Part shown: positions 1 to 10,262 of the stretch, piece after piece
How the letters are laid out: each line of letters starts with the position of its first letter
Position numbering within the stretch: the first letter of the stretch is position 1
NCBI GenBank assembly: GCA_019894885.1
Contig: JAGXNP010000003.1
Span: 1 to 47,080, forward strand
DNA length: 47,080 nucleotides
Reading direction: 5' to 3'
DNA from: Promethearchaeota archaeon
Lineage (GTDB): Archaea; Asgardarchaeota; Lokiarchaeia; Sigyniarchaeales; SOKP01
Translations under genes and position numbers: made by a program
The notes under the pieces: generated by a model
Database searches by the model: none
What the model saw: only the letters and a program-made list of their open reading frames with translations
Told to the model about the DNA's origin: nothing

Positions 1-549
1 TCCATAGATCAAAACTTTTTGACCACTCTTGATATTTGCTTTTCTAAGAGTAATCAATGCTGTTATTCCCCCTCCAGCAACAGGGGCGGCTTCCTCAAAG
101 GTCATATTAGATGGTTTTTTTTCTACCATCCCGTCTTTTGGGAATCTTCCTTTGTCAGTTTTTTCAGGCAAACATATGTACTCAGCATATCCACCATAAC
201 GAAAACCCGGAGATGCAAAAACAGGGTCAGTTTTCTTAAATCGTGTTATATCTTTACCTACTGCTACAACTTCCCCGGCTAATTCAAGCCCTAGTATGGT
301 TACTTTTTTAGGTCCTCTAAGACCAAACATCAATCGCGCAAAGAAACGTGTCAAAGGATTGAATCTTTTAAAGCCATTTCGAAACGTTACGTCCCCTTTT
401 GTAACTGTCGTTGCATAAATCTTCACAAGTATTTCATTGTCCTTCGGAATTGGTTTTTCTACTTCTTTGAGCTGAAGAACTTCCGGTGGTCCATATTCTT
501 CATATACAATCGCTTTCATTTTTTCTTTATTTTCCATTTTTTTCACCAT
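1..549 (-). CDS. NAD(P)-dependent medium-chain dehydrogenase/reductase (quinone oxidoreductase-like), 3' part runs off the window
   Basis: Not in the ORF track. Manual translation from ATG 549 (alternatives 537, 519) gives [34 protein letters not shown]...GLELAGEV...[11 protein letters not shown]...[35 protein letters not shown], open to base 1; clear paralog of 966..1904. Confidence 0.9.
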   Translation of the reverse strand, partial: MVKKMENKEKMKAIVYEEYGPPEVLQLKEVEKPIPKDNEILVKIYATTVTKGDVTFRNGFKRFNPLTRFFARLMFGLRGPKKVTILGLELAGEVVAVGKDITRFKKTDPVFASPGFRYGGYAEYICLPEKTDKGRFPKDGMVEKKPSNMTFEEAAPVAGGGITALITLRKANIKSGQKVLIYG

Positions 550-592
550 TTTAATTTCAAAAAAATTCCATTATTATCGCTAATTGATATCA

Positions 593-958
593 TTAAAGAA
601 ATTGAGTCCATGCATACCAAATAGTCAGTACATTAAACATCATGCTTACAATGAGCAAAAAAACATCATAAGCCTTATAGCCCTTTATTCCAGCTAGGTT
701 GAACACGATAAAGAAACCGGCTACGATGATGTTTACCCAGCTATTTACAGGAACATCCAAAGTAATGGATAGGACAACCATAACAATTGGAACCACCATT
801 ATTATTGCCATTCCAAAATACATTTTATGAGACACAGGCTTACCATCTACTTCTCCAGGTTTAAAATCCCCTGCAAATATTCGCAAAACATCACCTAACA
901 AAAAAGTTAACATTACTGCTACCCATATGAATGAAAATATTATCTTCACATCTTCCAT
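593..958 (-). CDS. Small 4-TM membrane protein, DUF6326-like
   Basis: 121 aa and hydrophobic; the N-terminal 'IWVAVMLTFLLGDVLRIF' pattern and the position next to MDR/DUF4386 genes fit this family. Confidence 0.65.
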   Translation of the reverse strand: MEDVKIIFSFIWVAVMLTFLLGDVLRIFAGDFKPGEVDGKPVSHKMYFGMAIIMVVPIVMVVLSITLDVPVNSWVNIIVAGFFIVFNLAGIKGYKAYDVFLLIVSMMFNVLTIWYAWTQFL

Positions 959-965
959 AATTTTA

Positions 966-1904
966 TCACACCCTCTCAGTTTTTACAGTTATTACTACAT
1001 TTCCCTTTTTATGCCCTTCATCGACATAACTATGAGCCTCGGCAGTTTTCTCTAAAGGATAACTCTTATCTACGACCGGTTTTAGCTTCCCCGCCTCAAA
1101 AAGCTCTCCTAAGAAGATTAAATCTTCTGCTTTTTCTTGATAGGTTCCCTTTAGAACAGTCAAATAGGTCCCGTTCGGAGCTAGTGCTTTTTGGCAATCT
1201 GAAGAAGAGGCTTTTCCAACGGCATCAAAGACGAGATCATAAAGTTCTCCGCTTTCAGTAAAATCCTCCTTAGTGTAATCAATTACCTTATCTGCACCCA
1301 GAGATTTCACCAGTTCTAAATTCGTGGTGCTACATACCCCGGTAACTTCAGCTCCAAAATACTTGGCAAGCTGTACCGCATACGTACCGTTACTTCCAGA
1401 TGCTCCATAGATAAGCACTTTTTGTCCTCTCTGGATATTTCCTTTTCTTAGATAATTCAATGCCGTAGATCCACCAACAGGTAAAACTGCCGCTTCCTCA
1501 AATGACATTTTAGCTGGTTTTATAGCTATCATCCCTTTCTTCCATTTTTCAGGCAGACATACATATTCGGCATAAGCACCATCCCTCAATCCTGTGGTAG
1601 TTCCAAAAATTTTGTCGCCTTTCTTAAAAAGTGTTACATCTTTCCCTACGGATTCAATTTCTCCTGCAAACTCATAACCTAATATTGGTCGTTTTGGTTT
1701 TTTGAGACCATACATTAATCGCAACGCGAAAGTATATAATTTTTTATCTGGGTGTTTACCACTTCGAACTAACCTTGCCGAGTAACTTACTGATGACGTA
1801 TACACTTTTACAAGTATTTCGTTATCCTCGGGAGTGGGTTTTTCTACTTCTTCGAGGTGAAGAACTTCCGCGGGTCCGTATTCTTCGTATACAATTGCTT
1901 TCAA
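966..1904 (-). CDS. NAD(P)-dependent medium-chain dehydrogenase/reductase (zinc-independent, quinone oxidoreductase-like)
   Basis: [33 protein letters not shown](P) motif [17 protein letters not shown]-terminal GHKKGNVVI; TTG start with upstream GAGGT. Confidence 0.93.
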   Translation of the reverse strand: MKAIVYEEYGPAEVLHLEEVEKPTPEDNEILVKVYTSSVSYSARLVRSGKHPDKKLYTFALRLMYGLKKPKRPILGYEFAGEIESVGKDVTLFKKGDKIFGTTTGLRDGAYAEYVCLPEKWKKGMIAIKPAKMSFEEAAVLPVGGSTALNYLRKGNIQRGQKVLIYGASGSNGTYAVQLAKYFGAEVTGVCSTTNLELVKSLGADKVIDYTKEDFTESGELYDLVFDAVGKASSSDCQKALAPNGTYLTVLKGTYQEKAEDLIFLGELFEAGKLKPVVDKSYPLEKTAEAHSYVDEGHKKGNVVITVKTERV

Positions 1905-1980
1905 AATTATACCTCTTAAATTGATATTTATTTATTTTATTTTTAATAAAATATAGTATATAAAATAACATTAACTACTA

Positions 1981-2634
1981 TTATCTAAAGAACAGTAACC
2001 ATCCTCCTAAGACTACTTCAAAAAGTAAAATTAGCAGACCTCCGATGTTCCACAGGATTTTAAAGTTAGATTTTATATGGAATATAGCGTTACCGAAACC
2101 ATAGAGAAAACTGGCAACAATTCCAAACCATCCGATAATTGTTGGTACAACTCCATAGGTAACAAACAGGATTGAATATGCGAGCGTACCAATGGAGAAT
2201 AAGATTTGTGCAAATGAGAATCTAGAGGTTTTTGTTTTGAGAATGCTACGACCTAAATCAATTAACTCATCTTTTTTAGCACCACTAGTATCTGAGTATT
2301 GTTTTGCTAAATTGAGAAGTCCCCAGTAACTTTTTTTATCATAAATTTGGATCAAGGCTTCTCCTATTCGAAAGATACACCAGACAATTCCAAGTATTAT
2401 GTTATATTGACTAAAAGCAATAAACAGCGTTACAGCAAGAGAAATTATGCTAAGGTGCTCTACGAGGATTAATACAACGCTAATTTTAAATTTTGTTGGA
2501 TCCCTGTTAATCTTTTGTAGTTGAGCGTTTGAGTCTATGTCACCAAATGTTTTATAACCAAAAAAACTACTTGCAAAGTTTGTAATTATAATAAACAGAA
2601 AGAGAAAACCAGATAACCTCATTAAGATAATCAA
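1981..2634 (-). CDS. DUF4386-like membrane protein
   Basis: Multi-TM; 'RLSGFLFL', 'FRIGEA', 'IFSIG', 'VPTIIGWFGI' and 'LFEVVLGGWLLF' match the family pattern. Confidence 0.75.
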   Translation of the reverse strand: MIILMRLSGFLFLFIIITNFASSFFGYKTFGDIDSNAQLQKINRDPTKFKISVVLILVEHLSIISLAVTLFIAFSQYNIILGIVWCIFRIGEALIQIYDKKSYWGLLNLAKQYSDTSGAKKDELIDLGRSILKTKTSRFSFAQILFSIGTLAYSILFVTYGVVPTIIGWFGIVASFLYGFGNAIFHIKSNFKILWNIGGLLILLFEVVLGGWLLFFR

Positions 2635-2734
2635 AGGGGAATACCTTTTTTTAAGTATTATTAATTATAATTTTCACTTAAAATAAAGTTAATCGAAGAT
2701 AAAGTTTTAATTTTAAGCACATTACAAAAAACCT

Positions 2735-3343
2735 ATGATTATATTTCAAATTTTGGCAATTTGTGGAATGCTTAGTCCAATTATATATACTGCGATGTGG
2801 ATATACGTTGGCAGTTTAGATTCAGAGTATAGTCATATTCGAGACGATATAAGTTCGCTTTTTGCAGTTGGTGCGCCTAAGCAACGCTTAGCGCAAGCAT
2901 TTATAATTATATCCAGCGTCCTACTATTTATATTTTATCTTGGATTACACGAGGGCATAAACGATGGAGGAGGGTCAATAATAGGACCAAATCTACTCGT
3001 AATTAGCTCAATCTTAGGAATGCTCGTTGCTCTTTTTTTCCCTCTTGATGTTGGTGGTGAAATAAAGACTTACAGGGGAATAATGCATATTCTTCTTGTG
3101 GTTGCATCGGGAATATTAACAATTGCTGGCATGGTGGCATTATGGCTTCGATTACAATTAGTAGCAGTTTGGAGTGGTTTTGGTACGTTTTCACTCATAT
3201 CAGCTATAGTTTCAGCAATTCTTATTATTATATCAGGTATTTTTGCTCAAGGTAAATACAGGGGGATACTTGAAAGATTTGGGGTTACCCCTTATCAACT
3301 CTACTATTTTGTTCTTGGTCTGATGGTGTTTTTGGTTAACTAA
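2735..3343 (+). CDS. DUF998-like membrane protein
   Basis: 'YSHIRDDISSLFAVGAP', 'FPLD...MH' and 'GILER' motifs; about 5-6 TM segments. Confidence 0.8.
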   Translation: MIIFQILAICGMLSPIIYTAMWIYVGSLDSEYSHIRDDISSLFAVGAPKQRLAQAFIIISSVLLFIFYLGLHEGINDGGGSIIGPNLLVISSILGMLVALFFPLDVGGEIKTYRGIMHILLVVASGILTIAGMVALWLRLQLVAVWSGFGTFSLISAIVSAILIIISGIFAQGKYRGILERFGVTPYQLYYFVLGLMVFLVN

Positions 3344-3384
3344 CCAATCGCTTTTAAAAAGAATAAAGCCTTAAATAATCAAGC

Positions 3385-4125
3385 TTATTTTTTTCTATTT
3401 TTCCACCAATATGGGATTCCAAGCTTGATAAATTTACCGTAATCTAAGAGTAAAATATGATCTTCGATTATTGAAAACGCAAATCCTCCCAGATAATCTA
3501 CCCAGCGCTCATCAGGTGGGAGCCCAAACCATCCAAATCTAAAAATCATAGTATGAAAATCATGAGTAACAAAGATATTGATACCACCTTCAGAAATGCG
3601 CTCTACTTGGCTCCAAATTAGTCCACCACTTCTTTCATAGAAAGGTTGTGCTGGAGGCCATAGATTTGGTGAATAGACGCCTGCTAAATAACGAAGGATC
3701 ACTTGATAATCTTTATAAGTATTAAATTCATCCAAATACGATTGAGAGTTTATTCCAATGCCATATAAAGCGTTACATTCTCCGATAATATCTCCCTTTC
3801 CGTTTGCTTCTTTGAACCCTTGGTAAATTTTCTCAGCAGTCACTTTACAACGGATGCGAGGGCTATGAAATAATCGTATATATCTATCTTTTAGTAGATT
3901 TCCGCCAAAAATTTTAGCAAATTCTTGTCCTAACGGAGTAAGCTCCATATTTGCCCCTTTCAGATCATTCTCATTAACCAATTTTGGCTCGTATCTTTGG
4001 GAATGTCTCATTATTATAATAATCTTAGAATCAGCGGGAAATTTATCAAGACCTTCAATGATATTACTCGCTTGTTTTGTCCAAGTATGTTCTTTCCTAA
4101 TATTATTACTTAATTTATTCGGCAT
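3385..4125 (-). CDS. Histidine phosphatase (phosphoglycerate mutase-like) family protein
   Basis: 'IIMRHS', 'LTPLG', 'HSPRIRCKVTA', 'VTHD'. Start moved to ATG 4125 because the track start (4212) overlaps mutM, and the paralog at 23049 aligns from here. Confidence 0.85.
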   Translation of the reverse strand: MPNKLSNNIRKEHTWTKQASNIIEGLDKFPADSKIIIIMRHSQRYEPKLVNENDLKGANMELTPLGQEFAKIFGGNLLKDRYIRLFHSPRIRCKVTAEKIYQGFKEANGKGDIIGECNALYGIGINSQSYLDEFNTYKDYQVILRYLAGVYSPNLWPPAQPFYERSGGLIWSQVERISEGGINIFVTHDFHTMIFRFGWFGLPPDERWVDYLGGFAFSIIEDHILLLDYGKFIKLGIPYWWKNRKK

Positions 4126-4159
4126 AATTATGCTCCAATTTTTAAATAATTTGATGGGT

Positions 4160-4939
4160 TTAATTCTTTTGACAAGATGGGCAAAAAAAGCCATGGCGTC
4201 CTGAAATTTCAAAACGGGTAATATCGCTATTGCAAGTTGGACATTTTTCTTCTTTCTTACGATGGGGAATTAAAAACTCGTTTGGATAAGTGCTTAAATC
4301 ACCTTTTTTCTTTATTCCAAATTCTAATACATCTTTAATATTCCTGTATAGCTCTTTTACTTTGCCTTCACTTAACGTATTAATATTAGTTTTAGGGTGT
4401 ATCCTTGTCCTGAACAAAATTTCGTCAGAATAAATATTCCCGACACCTGCGATAAAACTTTGATTTAGTAATGCGTTCTTAGCAATCGCTTTTCTTCTTT
4501 GCACAGCTTCTTGAAATTCCTCGAGCGACATTTTGTAGGCGTCTGGCCCTAATTTTTTATATTCGATAAATTCCTCTATTGAATTAGCAATAGATACCTT
4601 CCCAAACATTCTAATAGAGATGTATGCTAAATTATAGCCGTTATTGAAATGAAATATAACTTTACTGAATTTAGGAGGTTCTTCTTTTGAATCGTAATAT
4701 TCTAAATCTCCGCTCATCCCAAAATGTAGTATAAGATATCCTGGCTTGAGATAGACTAATAGATACTTACCATGGCGGATGGTCGATTCGAATTTCCTGC
4801 CTTTTAATAATTTATTTAGATCATTCTCTTCTGTCTTTAGAATTCTCTCGTCCAATATTTGAACTTTATTAATCAATAGCTTTAGGGATGTTTTATCTAG
4901 GTATCGTTTGAATGTTTCTACTTCTGGAAGTTCTGGCAT
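4160..4939 (-). CDS. mutM: Formamidopyrimidine-DNA glycosylase (Fpg/Nei family)
   Basis: N-terminal MPELPEVE, RHGKY, HFGMSG, RMFG, H2TH motif LLNQSFIAGVGNIYSDEILF, C-terminal zinc finger CPTC...CPSCQ. Confidence 0.93.
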   Translation of the reverse strand: MPELPEVETFKRYLDKTSLKLLINKVQILDERILKTEENDLNKLLKGRKFESTIRHGKYLLVYLKPGYLILHFGMSGDLEYYDSKEEPPKFSKVIFHFNNGYNLAYISIRMFGKVSIANSIEEFIEYKKLGPDAYKMSLEEFQEAVQRRKAIAKNALLNQSFIAGVGNIYSDEILFRTRIHPKTNINTLSEGKVKELYRNIKDVLEFGIKKKGDLSTYPNEFLIPHRKKEEKCPTCNSDITRFEISGRHGFFCPSCQKN

Positions 4940-4967
4940 GGTATAGATGATCTTTTGTCTATTCTCT

Positions 4968-5354
4968 CTATGCGACTATTGCGACTACAAAACAACATAT
5001 TGCGGCTATTAACGATAAGGGAGTCATTATAATCTTTTCTTTTTTGCTTTTTGATAATGCGTTTAGTAGTGTATTTAAAGCTAAATATACCGCAATAACC
5101 CAAACAACTACTAGAGTAAAAATTGGGTTGTTAAAGAGAATAATTATGCCAGTTCGTTCTAATATTGAAATTGATGCTAAAACAAAAATTCCAATAGCCA
5201 CAATGCTCATTATCCTCATCTTAGTAGGAAGTCTTTCGTACTTTCCTCCATAAGCTAGTTTGCCTAATGGTAATCCCAAGGCAAGCAGTAATTGAATTAT
5301 ACTCACTACAGCAAAAATAACAACAGCAATTAAAGCTGCAATTAAAATAGTCAT
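4968..5354 (-). CDS. Small 4-TM membrane protein
   Basis: 128 aa, hydrophobic, with conserved-looking 'QLLLALGLPLGKLAYGG' and 'LNALSKSKKEK'; GGAG upstream. Confidence 0.75.
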   Translation of the reverse strand: MTILIAALIAVVIFAVVSIIQLLLALGLPLGKLAYGGKYERLPTKMRIMSIVAIGIFVLASISILERTGIIILFNNPIFTLVVVWVIAVYLALNTLLNALSKSKKEKIIMTPLSLIAAICCFVVAIVA

Positions 5355-5548
5355 TTTTTATCTCCTAACATGATGGCTAACTTTTGAATATTAATTATTG
5401 TGTTTCAAACTTTATATATAATAGCATCATAAGAAATAATAGTAACACCTTGAATCAATAAAATTAATGTGGGTGAAAAAGATTGAGTAAACATTATAAA
5501 TTAAGTGCGTCTGATTTTACAGAGGGAATCTCTGCTTAAGGAGCTGCA

Positions 5549-6070
5549 TTGGCCACTGCGGCAGCTGTACTCGGCTCGAACCTAGTAGTTGTCGCTCTTG
5601 CTTGGGATCATCCTCCTGAAGAAGGAGGGATTGTTACCATTACATTCCTTATGATGATTTCGTTTGTATTTTTCGTTAATGATTTACATTATATAATGAG
5701 AGCAGAATATCTAGTTACGCGTTTAAGATTATTAGATAACGATGACGGAGCCAAAGGAAAAGTATTGCAGGAATTGAGCCAAATCTCGAGATGGTCTCGT
5801 TTCATGCATGTAGCTGGATTGGTTTTCACGATGATTGCATTTTGGGTTATTAGTTATAAATATTTAGTCAGCATACCTAACGTAGGTTATCATCCTATCG
5901 TTTTAGCCCTTCCGTTTATTCTGTTCGCGCTTAGTTGGTTACCTAAATTTTTTGGTATTGAGAAAGAAGTCTCTGTTAAATCAAGCGAAACGATAGTACA
6001 ATTAATTATCGAGATCATATTTCTTACGCTTATTTGTCTTGATTTCCTAAGAGTTATAACCATATTTTGA
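5549..6070 (+). CDS. Hypothetical membrane protein (possibly N-terminally interrupted)
   Basis: About 5 TM segments. An in-frame TTG at 5483 with a GGTGA RBS is separated from the ORF by a single TAA at 5537-5539. Confidence 0.65.
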   Translation: MATAAAVLGSNLVVVALAWDHPPEEGGIVTITFLMMISFVFFVNDLHYIMRAEYLVTRLRLLDNDDGAKGKVLQELSQISRWSRFMHVAGLVFTMIAFWVISYKYLVSIPNVGYHPIVLALPFILFALSWLPKFFGIEKEVSVKSSETIVQLIIEIIFLTLICLDFLRVITIF

Positions 6071-6284
6071 GTATCAATTTACTCAAGAATTTTTTTCTTT
6101 TTTTAATTAAGAATTTATGATAAATTTTTATTCAGCTATCTCTTAAGTTTGATTTTTCCGCATATTAACAGTTAAGAATTGATAAATAGAGGTTGAGAAA
6201 CCCAAAGATATAAACTTATCTTAGTGATTTAACAATCTTCTATGAAATGATATAGTTTTTTATCGAGAAACCATTTTTTTTTAT

Positions 6285-7583
6285 TTGATGAACTTATCTG
6301 CGATAATATTTATTTTAGTGCTCTTTGGCATTTTAATGGCATTTTTTTCTCAACAGAAGATTGATTATTTTCCAATTGCTTTAATCATAGGTGCCATCGC
6401 AGTGGTTTCAATGATTACATTTGGCGGCGTTTCAGAGCAAGAAATCGTTGGTTTCATCAATTTTAAAGCGCTGATCTTCATATTCGCCATGCAAATAATC
6501 ATCTATTTTGCTACTCGTAACCGTGTATTAGATTATGCGGCGATCAAAATAATCCATATTACGAAAGGAAACAATCGCTTGTTTTTTTATATGATTTGCT
6601 TGTTTACAGGCACCCTGGTTGCTTTTATAGAAGATTTAACCCTTTCGTTGATATTAGTCCCCCTCATCTACAGGACGTGTCGGATTTTAGATATCCCTGC
6701 TGGGAGTTATATGATGGGGATGACCATAACGATAAACATTGGCGCAATTCTCACGCCTGTTTCAAGTTTAAAAAATTTGATAATCGGCGAAGAATTTGGA
6801 TGGGGTTTTGGCGATTATTTAGCCAATATGGGTATTTTATATCTGATATCGCTAATTCTCACCATATTTTTGATGGATTGGTTTATAATAAGAAAGGAGG
6901 AACAACCAACGGAAGAAAATAAAAATATGCTCTTATCAATGCTCGACCCTGGAATGGTTATAGAAAATAAATTGTATTTTTTAACAACAATTATAGTAAT
7001 TCTAGCCTCTTTTGCGTTAATGATTTTAGGATTTGAACCTGCAATTATCGCACTCGTGTCTGCAGCAATTTTTCTGCTTATTTTTTCAAAAAATTCTAAT
7101 TTTTCTGATCTGAAGAACGAAATCACGTGGAAAATTATCATTATTTTTGCGATTTTGTTCATTCTTTCGAATTCTTTATCGCGTTTTGGCTTCTCGGAGT
7201 TAATCTCTACGGGAATTGTTAATGTAGTAAACGATAACATTTTTCTGGCCGTACTGATTACTTTAGGTCTTTCAACTCTCTTGTCTGCGTTTCTTGCCGG
7301 GACGCCTGTTACCATTATTCTTCTCCCGATTTTTTCTGCTATCGTAGGAAAAGGATTCTTTCCAAATCCGATCATCATAGCCTTCATAGGCGGAGTTAAT
7401 ATGGCTGGTAATTTTTTACCACAAGGTTCAGCGTGTGATCTTCTCACCCTCACGTTGGCAAAAAAAAACAACGTCGTGAATCTTGATTACAATCGCTTAC
7501 TCAAAAATGGATCTATTTTTGCGACGATGCACTTTTTCCTTATTCTAGGATATACTATGATTTACACTTTAATTTTAATGTAA
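6285..7583 (+). CDS. SLC13/ArsB/NhaD (ion transporter superfamily) permease
   Basis: About 12 TM segments; 'AFIEDLT', 'NIGAILTPVSSLKNLII' and 'NMAGNFLPQGSACDL' hairpin motifs. Confidence 0.85.
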   Translation: MMNLSAIIFILVLFGILMAFFSQQKIDYFPIALIIGAIAVVSMITFGGVSEQEIVGFINFKALIFIFAMQIIIYFATRNRVLDYAAIKIIHITKGNNRLFFYMICLFTGTLVAFIEDLTLSLILVPLIYRTCRILDIPAGSYMMGMTITINIGAILTPVSSLKNLIIGEEFGWGFGDYLANMGILYLISLILTIFLMDWFIIRKEEQPTEENKNMLLSMLDPGMVIENKLYFLTTIIVILASFALMILGFEPAIIALVSAAIFLLIFSKNSNFSDLKNEITWKIIIIFAILFILSNSLSRFGFSELISTGIVNVVNDNIFLAVLITLGLSTLLSAFLAGTPVTIILLPIFSAIVGKGFFPNPIIIAFIGGVNMAGNFLPQGSACDLLTLTLAKKNNVVNLDYNRLLKNGSIFATMHFFLILGYTMIYTLILM

Positions 7584-7823
7584 AAGAATAAACCCTAGAA
7601 AATCTTGAATAAAAAAATCTCATAATTTTGTCTTTACATAAGGTTAGATATATTTTAACAAAATTATTTTTAAATAAGTTTAATGATCATAATTTAATAC
7701 TTAGTTTAAAGATTAATAACAAGAAATCTTTATAAAATCCGAATAATTCTACAGTTTAGTAAATTTATAGATGACTGAAATCTAATATAAATTAATCTAA
7801 ATTAAACAATAAGGTATGATATA

Positions 7824-8222
7824 ATGACTGAAATTCAGAAACTTACCAAAATTTCCTTGCTTTTATATGCGCTCGCAGGTTTTATTTTTGCATTTCTCTA
7901 CTTGGTGATTCCTGATATTTTTATTTACGGTTTAACTCAGTGGCCATTTAACGATCCTATTTACTTTAGGTTATTTGGAGGAACTCTTTTAGTTCTTGGC
8001 TTAGCTTCTCTTTTGGCTTATTTTAAAAAGGAATGGGAAGAAATAAAACTATTTTTCGAGTTAGCCGTGATGTGGTTATTAATGGTAACAATTATTAATT
8101 TTTTTGAATTGACAATGTTATCTTTGCCCGTTATAGCCCTTGCGAATACTATAGTCGATACTATTCTCGTAGCAATCTATTTAATCCTAGGGATATATTG
8201 CTGTATAAAACAAAGAGGTTAA
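7824..8222 (+). CDS. Hypothetical 4-TM membrane protein
   Basis: 132 aa with four hydrophobic segments, including 'DPIYFRLFGGTLL'. Confidence 0.7.
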   Translation: MTEIQKLTKISLLLYALAGFIFAFLYLVIPDIFIYGLTQWPFNDPIYFRLFGGTLLVLGLASLLAYFKKEWEEIKLFFELAVMWLLMVTIINFFELTMLSLPVIALANTIVDTILVAIYLILGIYCCIKQRG

Positions 8223-8279
8223 ATTCAAAAATATAATTTATTTATATTTTTTTTATTTGTTTTTTGCGCTAAATCCAAT

Positions 8280-9170
8280 TTACTTTGCTAATTTTTCTTT
8301 TATTTGAGTAACCAACTTCTCACTTTCTTCAGAATCAGTCAAAAATTCAATATCCGATGGTGAGGTAACCCCTAATCCTAATTCTACTGCTCTTTTAATT
8401 TGATCTTGTCTAAAAATAGGACCTTTAGTAACCTCTGGAGTAGTCCCCAAAGCTCTCAATACCGCTACGCCTACAGCGTCGATTGCAATTTTGTCCGTGC
8501 CCGCAACGAAAACATTCCCTTCTACACGAGTTCCTTCCATAGGTCCTCGATCTACAAAAGTAATAACACCGTCCATGATAATTAGGTCAGGTTTGTAAAC
8601 AGAATTTATTTCTGCAATCATGTCTCTCTGATGTTCCGAGGAATGCAATTCTGACATATTTTTCTTTTTTACTATTCCTACTGCGTTCTTAAGCGATAAG
8701 GTGAAGTGTCCACCGTACATATGAGTCTTTAAACAGCAAGTTTCTATAATACATTCCGCTTCATCGTATATTTTCGCAAAAAAGAAACCATCTCTCCAAT
8801 GGCTGCCCTCTGGTTTTTTAAGGACATATTCATCTCGGGGTATTCTTGTTAAGTCAACGATCTTAAAATCCAATTCTTTTGCTAAAGCATTCAAGCCCTT
8901 TTTTTCAAAAACATCCGAAGTTTTAGCGGGACCGCTCCGTTCAGCAATAGTTATCGATTTTGCTCCCATTTCTTTTAACTTTATAATAAGCTGCTTTATT
9001 GTCTCCATTGAGCTTGAAGCCGGAGGAGGATCCGCAGTATTGAAATTTGGCTTGAAAATTACATCTTTGCCCTTAACGGGATTTAATCCTAACAACTCGA
9101 GGGATTTATTTACTCCATACACGCGATCGTTTGTAGAAATAACAGCAACTTTAGTCATTTTATTCACCAT
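8280..9170 (-). CDS. DUF362 domain protein
   Basis: 'VIFKPNFN', 'ERSG', 'CLKTHMYGGHFTLSLKNAVG', 'PDLIIMDG' and 'DKIAID' are the DUF362 signature motifs. Confidence 0.85.
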   Translation of the reverse strand: MVNKMTKVAVISTNDRVYGVNKSLELLGLNPVKGKDVIFKPNFNTADPPPASSSMETIKQLIIKLKEMGAKSITIAERSGPAKTSDVFEKKGLNALAKELDFKIVDLTRIPRDEYVLKKPEGSHWRDGFFFAKIYDEAECIIETCCLKTHMYGGHFTLSLKNAVGIVKKKNMSELHSSEHQRDMIAEINSVYKPDLIIMDGVITFVDRGPMEGTRVEGNVFVAGTDKIAIDAVGVAVLRALGTTPEVTKGPIFRQDQIKRAVELGLGVTSPSDIEFLTDSEESEKLVTQIKEKLAK

Positions 9171-9271
9171 AAATTAGGTAGCTAATTAGATGAATAAAAA
9201 TAAATTTAACTGTTTAGAAAATTCAGTCTCTATTTAATATTTGAAAATATCAAAATTCGACAAAGAAATTG

Positions 9272-10141
9272 CTAATTTAGTATTCGATTGAGCTTATTTC
9301 CAAGAACTTCGGGTAGTTCTCCAAGGTAAGAGTTAAGATCACAAAAAAGTAAATAAAGGTAAGGTTCAAATAAGCTATCAACCGTTGGACCTACATCCGA
9401 TTTATAGATATAGACCCATATTTGCTCACCCGCATGAGTAGATTGACGATAAATCCAATTTAAAGGTGGAATTTCTGGGATATTGCCAATATTTCTTAAA
9501 ATTTCGTGGATATCGTCGAAGGAATACTTTTTCCCGAGGCTCATTAGTGGTGAAAGGTCGAACGATGTAATACAAATGTCCCTTAAGCCGTAATTTTTCA
9601 TCTCTCTTAAAAAGTCGTTCCCTAATCGTTTTAGTTGAGTCTTATGTTCACTAACTCGGGCTTTGGCATCAAAGTCAGTTAAAATATTATAGATTTTTTC
9701 TTCCTGTACGGGTAATATCTCGATAGCAGACACTAGAGGGATTTTATATGTAATGAGCGAATCATAAATTAGCTTAATTTTTGCGTAAATTGATTTATGA
9801 AATAGATATGACTCTGTTTGACATGTAATTAAAACATCTCCAAAGAATTTGGTTTTATCCTTCTCAAAGTCTGAAGATTCGTCAGAATTAAATTCAAGTA
9901 TATGAATATTCTTAGACATCGCTCGTGCGAATTTAAATAATGCTGAAACTAACCCCGCGTTTAATTCAAAAGAATCAGATACCCCATAATCGGATTGAGG
10001 TTTTATTTCTTCTTTCGAAAAATCAAAAAATCGCAAATTTAATTTGATACCGGTGGGAGCTTCTTTTACATCCAAATTATAATAAGGAAATCCATTACTT
10101 GTAATAACCGAAAAATTATAGATAGTCAACTTTCTTGACAA
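9272..10141 (-). CDS. Hypothetical protein with longin-like N-terminal domain and a second alpha/beta domain
   Basis: 'IYNFSVITSNGFPYY' beta-hairpin followed by the helix 'LNAGLVSALFKFARAM' resembles the longin pattern of the 37143 and 41512 proteins. Confidence 0.55.
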   Translation of the reverse strand: MSRKLTIYNFSVITSNGFPYYNLDVKEAPTGIKLNLRFFDFSKEEIKPQSDYGVSDSFELNAGLVSALFKFARAMSKNIHILEFNSDESSDFEKDKTKFFGDVLITCQTESYLFHKSIYAKIKLIYDSLITYKIPLVSAIEILPVQEEKIYNILTDFDAKARVSEHKTQLKRLGNDFLREMKNYGLRDICITSFDLSPLMSLGKKYSFDDIHEILRNIGNIPEIPPLNWIYRQSTHAGEQIWVYIYKSDVGPTVDSLFEPYLYLLFCDLNSYLGELPEVLGNKLNRILN

Positions 10142-10262
10142 TTATGTATAAAGAGATTATTATAATGATATATTCATTGTATAAAAATATGATTTTAAAT
10201 AGTTTTAGTATGATTTTGAAGTATATAGTAAAATCTAAATCAATGGAAATTAAAATAATAAA

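Noticed and set aside
19-282. 87-aa plus-strand ORF in the track
   Set aside because: Antisense shadow of the MDR gene on the minus strand (1..549).
4126-4212. N-terminal extension of the histidine phosphatase
   Set aside because: Overlaps the mutM 3' end and is absent from the paralog.
6596-7471. ORFs 6596..6922 (+) and 6815..7471 (-)
   Set aside because: Alternative-frame and antisense shadows of the SLC13-type permease.
7771-7834. 11-bp direct repeat ATGACTGAAAT at 7771 and 7824
   Set aside because: Only two short copies in AT-rich DNA; no array or element structure.
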